The notes under the pieces: generated by a model
Seen by the model: the letters and a program-made list of their open reading frames with translations, nothing else
Told to the model about the DNA's origin: nothing
The model's database searches: none
Shown: piece after piece, positions 63,739 to 64,000 of the stretch
Layout: every line of letters starts with the position of its first letter
How positions within the stretch are numbered: position 1 is the stretch's first letter
Made by a program: the position numbers and the translations under genes
Source of the DNA: Rhodospirillaceae bacterium
GTDB lineage: Bacteria; Pseudomonadota; Alphaproteobacteria; CACIAM-22H2
Length of the DNA stretch: 64,000 nt
Assembly (NCBI GenBank): GCA_022843945.1
Contig: JALHMR010000003.1
Span: 164,837 to 228,836, forward strand
Reading direction: 5' to 3'

Positions 63739-64000
63739 CTAGCCTACGTCGCTCCCGTAGTCGCGACGTGCCGCATCTCGGGTCACATACCCCAGCCGAA
63801 CGTCCCGGCGCACGGCCTCCGGCGACCGCTCCCGGGGATCGCCATAGCCGCCACCGCCTGGCGTCTCCAGGCGAACGCGCTGCCCGCGCGCGAGCGACAA
63901 GCCGACCATCTTCGAGGCCATCGGTGGCGACCGTATTTCACCCGCTTGCGGATAAAAGAACCGGTTGAGCGCGCCGGGCTGGCCGCCGACCACCCCCGCC
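63739..64000 (-). CDS. Hydantoinase B/oxoprolinase subunit, C-terminal fragment (gene continues beyond the window)
   Basis: ETPGGGGYGDPRER...DVRLGYV...ARRDYG C-terminal signature. Confidence 0.85.
   Translation of the reverse strand, partial: AGVVGGQPGALNRFFYPQAGEIRSPPMASKMVGLSLARGQRVRLETPGGGGYGDPRERSPEAVRRDVRLGYVTRDAARRDYGSDVG

Overview
High-GC alphaproteobacterial-type chromosomal window with about 60 CDSs and two tRNAs (Thr-GGT, Pro-CGG). The left 40 kb is mostly core or metabolic: soeABC sulfite dehydrogenase plus a MOSC protein, a TPP enzyme, acuI, a MetE-like protein, a thiolase, an LPS glycosyltransferase-asnB-pyrC operon, ygfZ, ppdK, glyQS and ispB. It is interrupted by a three-gene module: an alkaline-phosphatase-superfamily membrane protein, a small YLDPG membrane peptide and a NoeA-like kinase-methyltransferase fusion. 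Downstream of tRNA-Pro lies a ~19.5 kb integrase-less island bounded by a 35/39-nt degenerate copy of the tRNA 3' end at 59544-59582. The island carries (i) an arabinoside uptake and oxidative pentose locus with a candidate operator and (ii) a nine-gene cluster linking GTP-derived heterocycle chemistry (RibA, reductase-only RibD, atypical PTPS) to a glycosyltransferase, two methyltransferases, a CDP-alcohol phosphatidyltransferase and an LtaS/sulfatase-like membrane transferase. That cluster is the best candidate for an uncharacterised system. The window ends in a hydantoinase/oxoprolinase catabolic operon. All calls come from motif reading by eye; no database searches were run.
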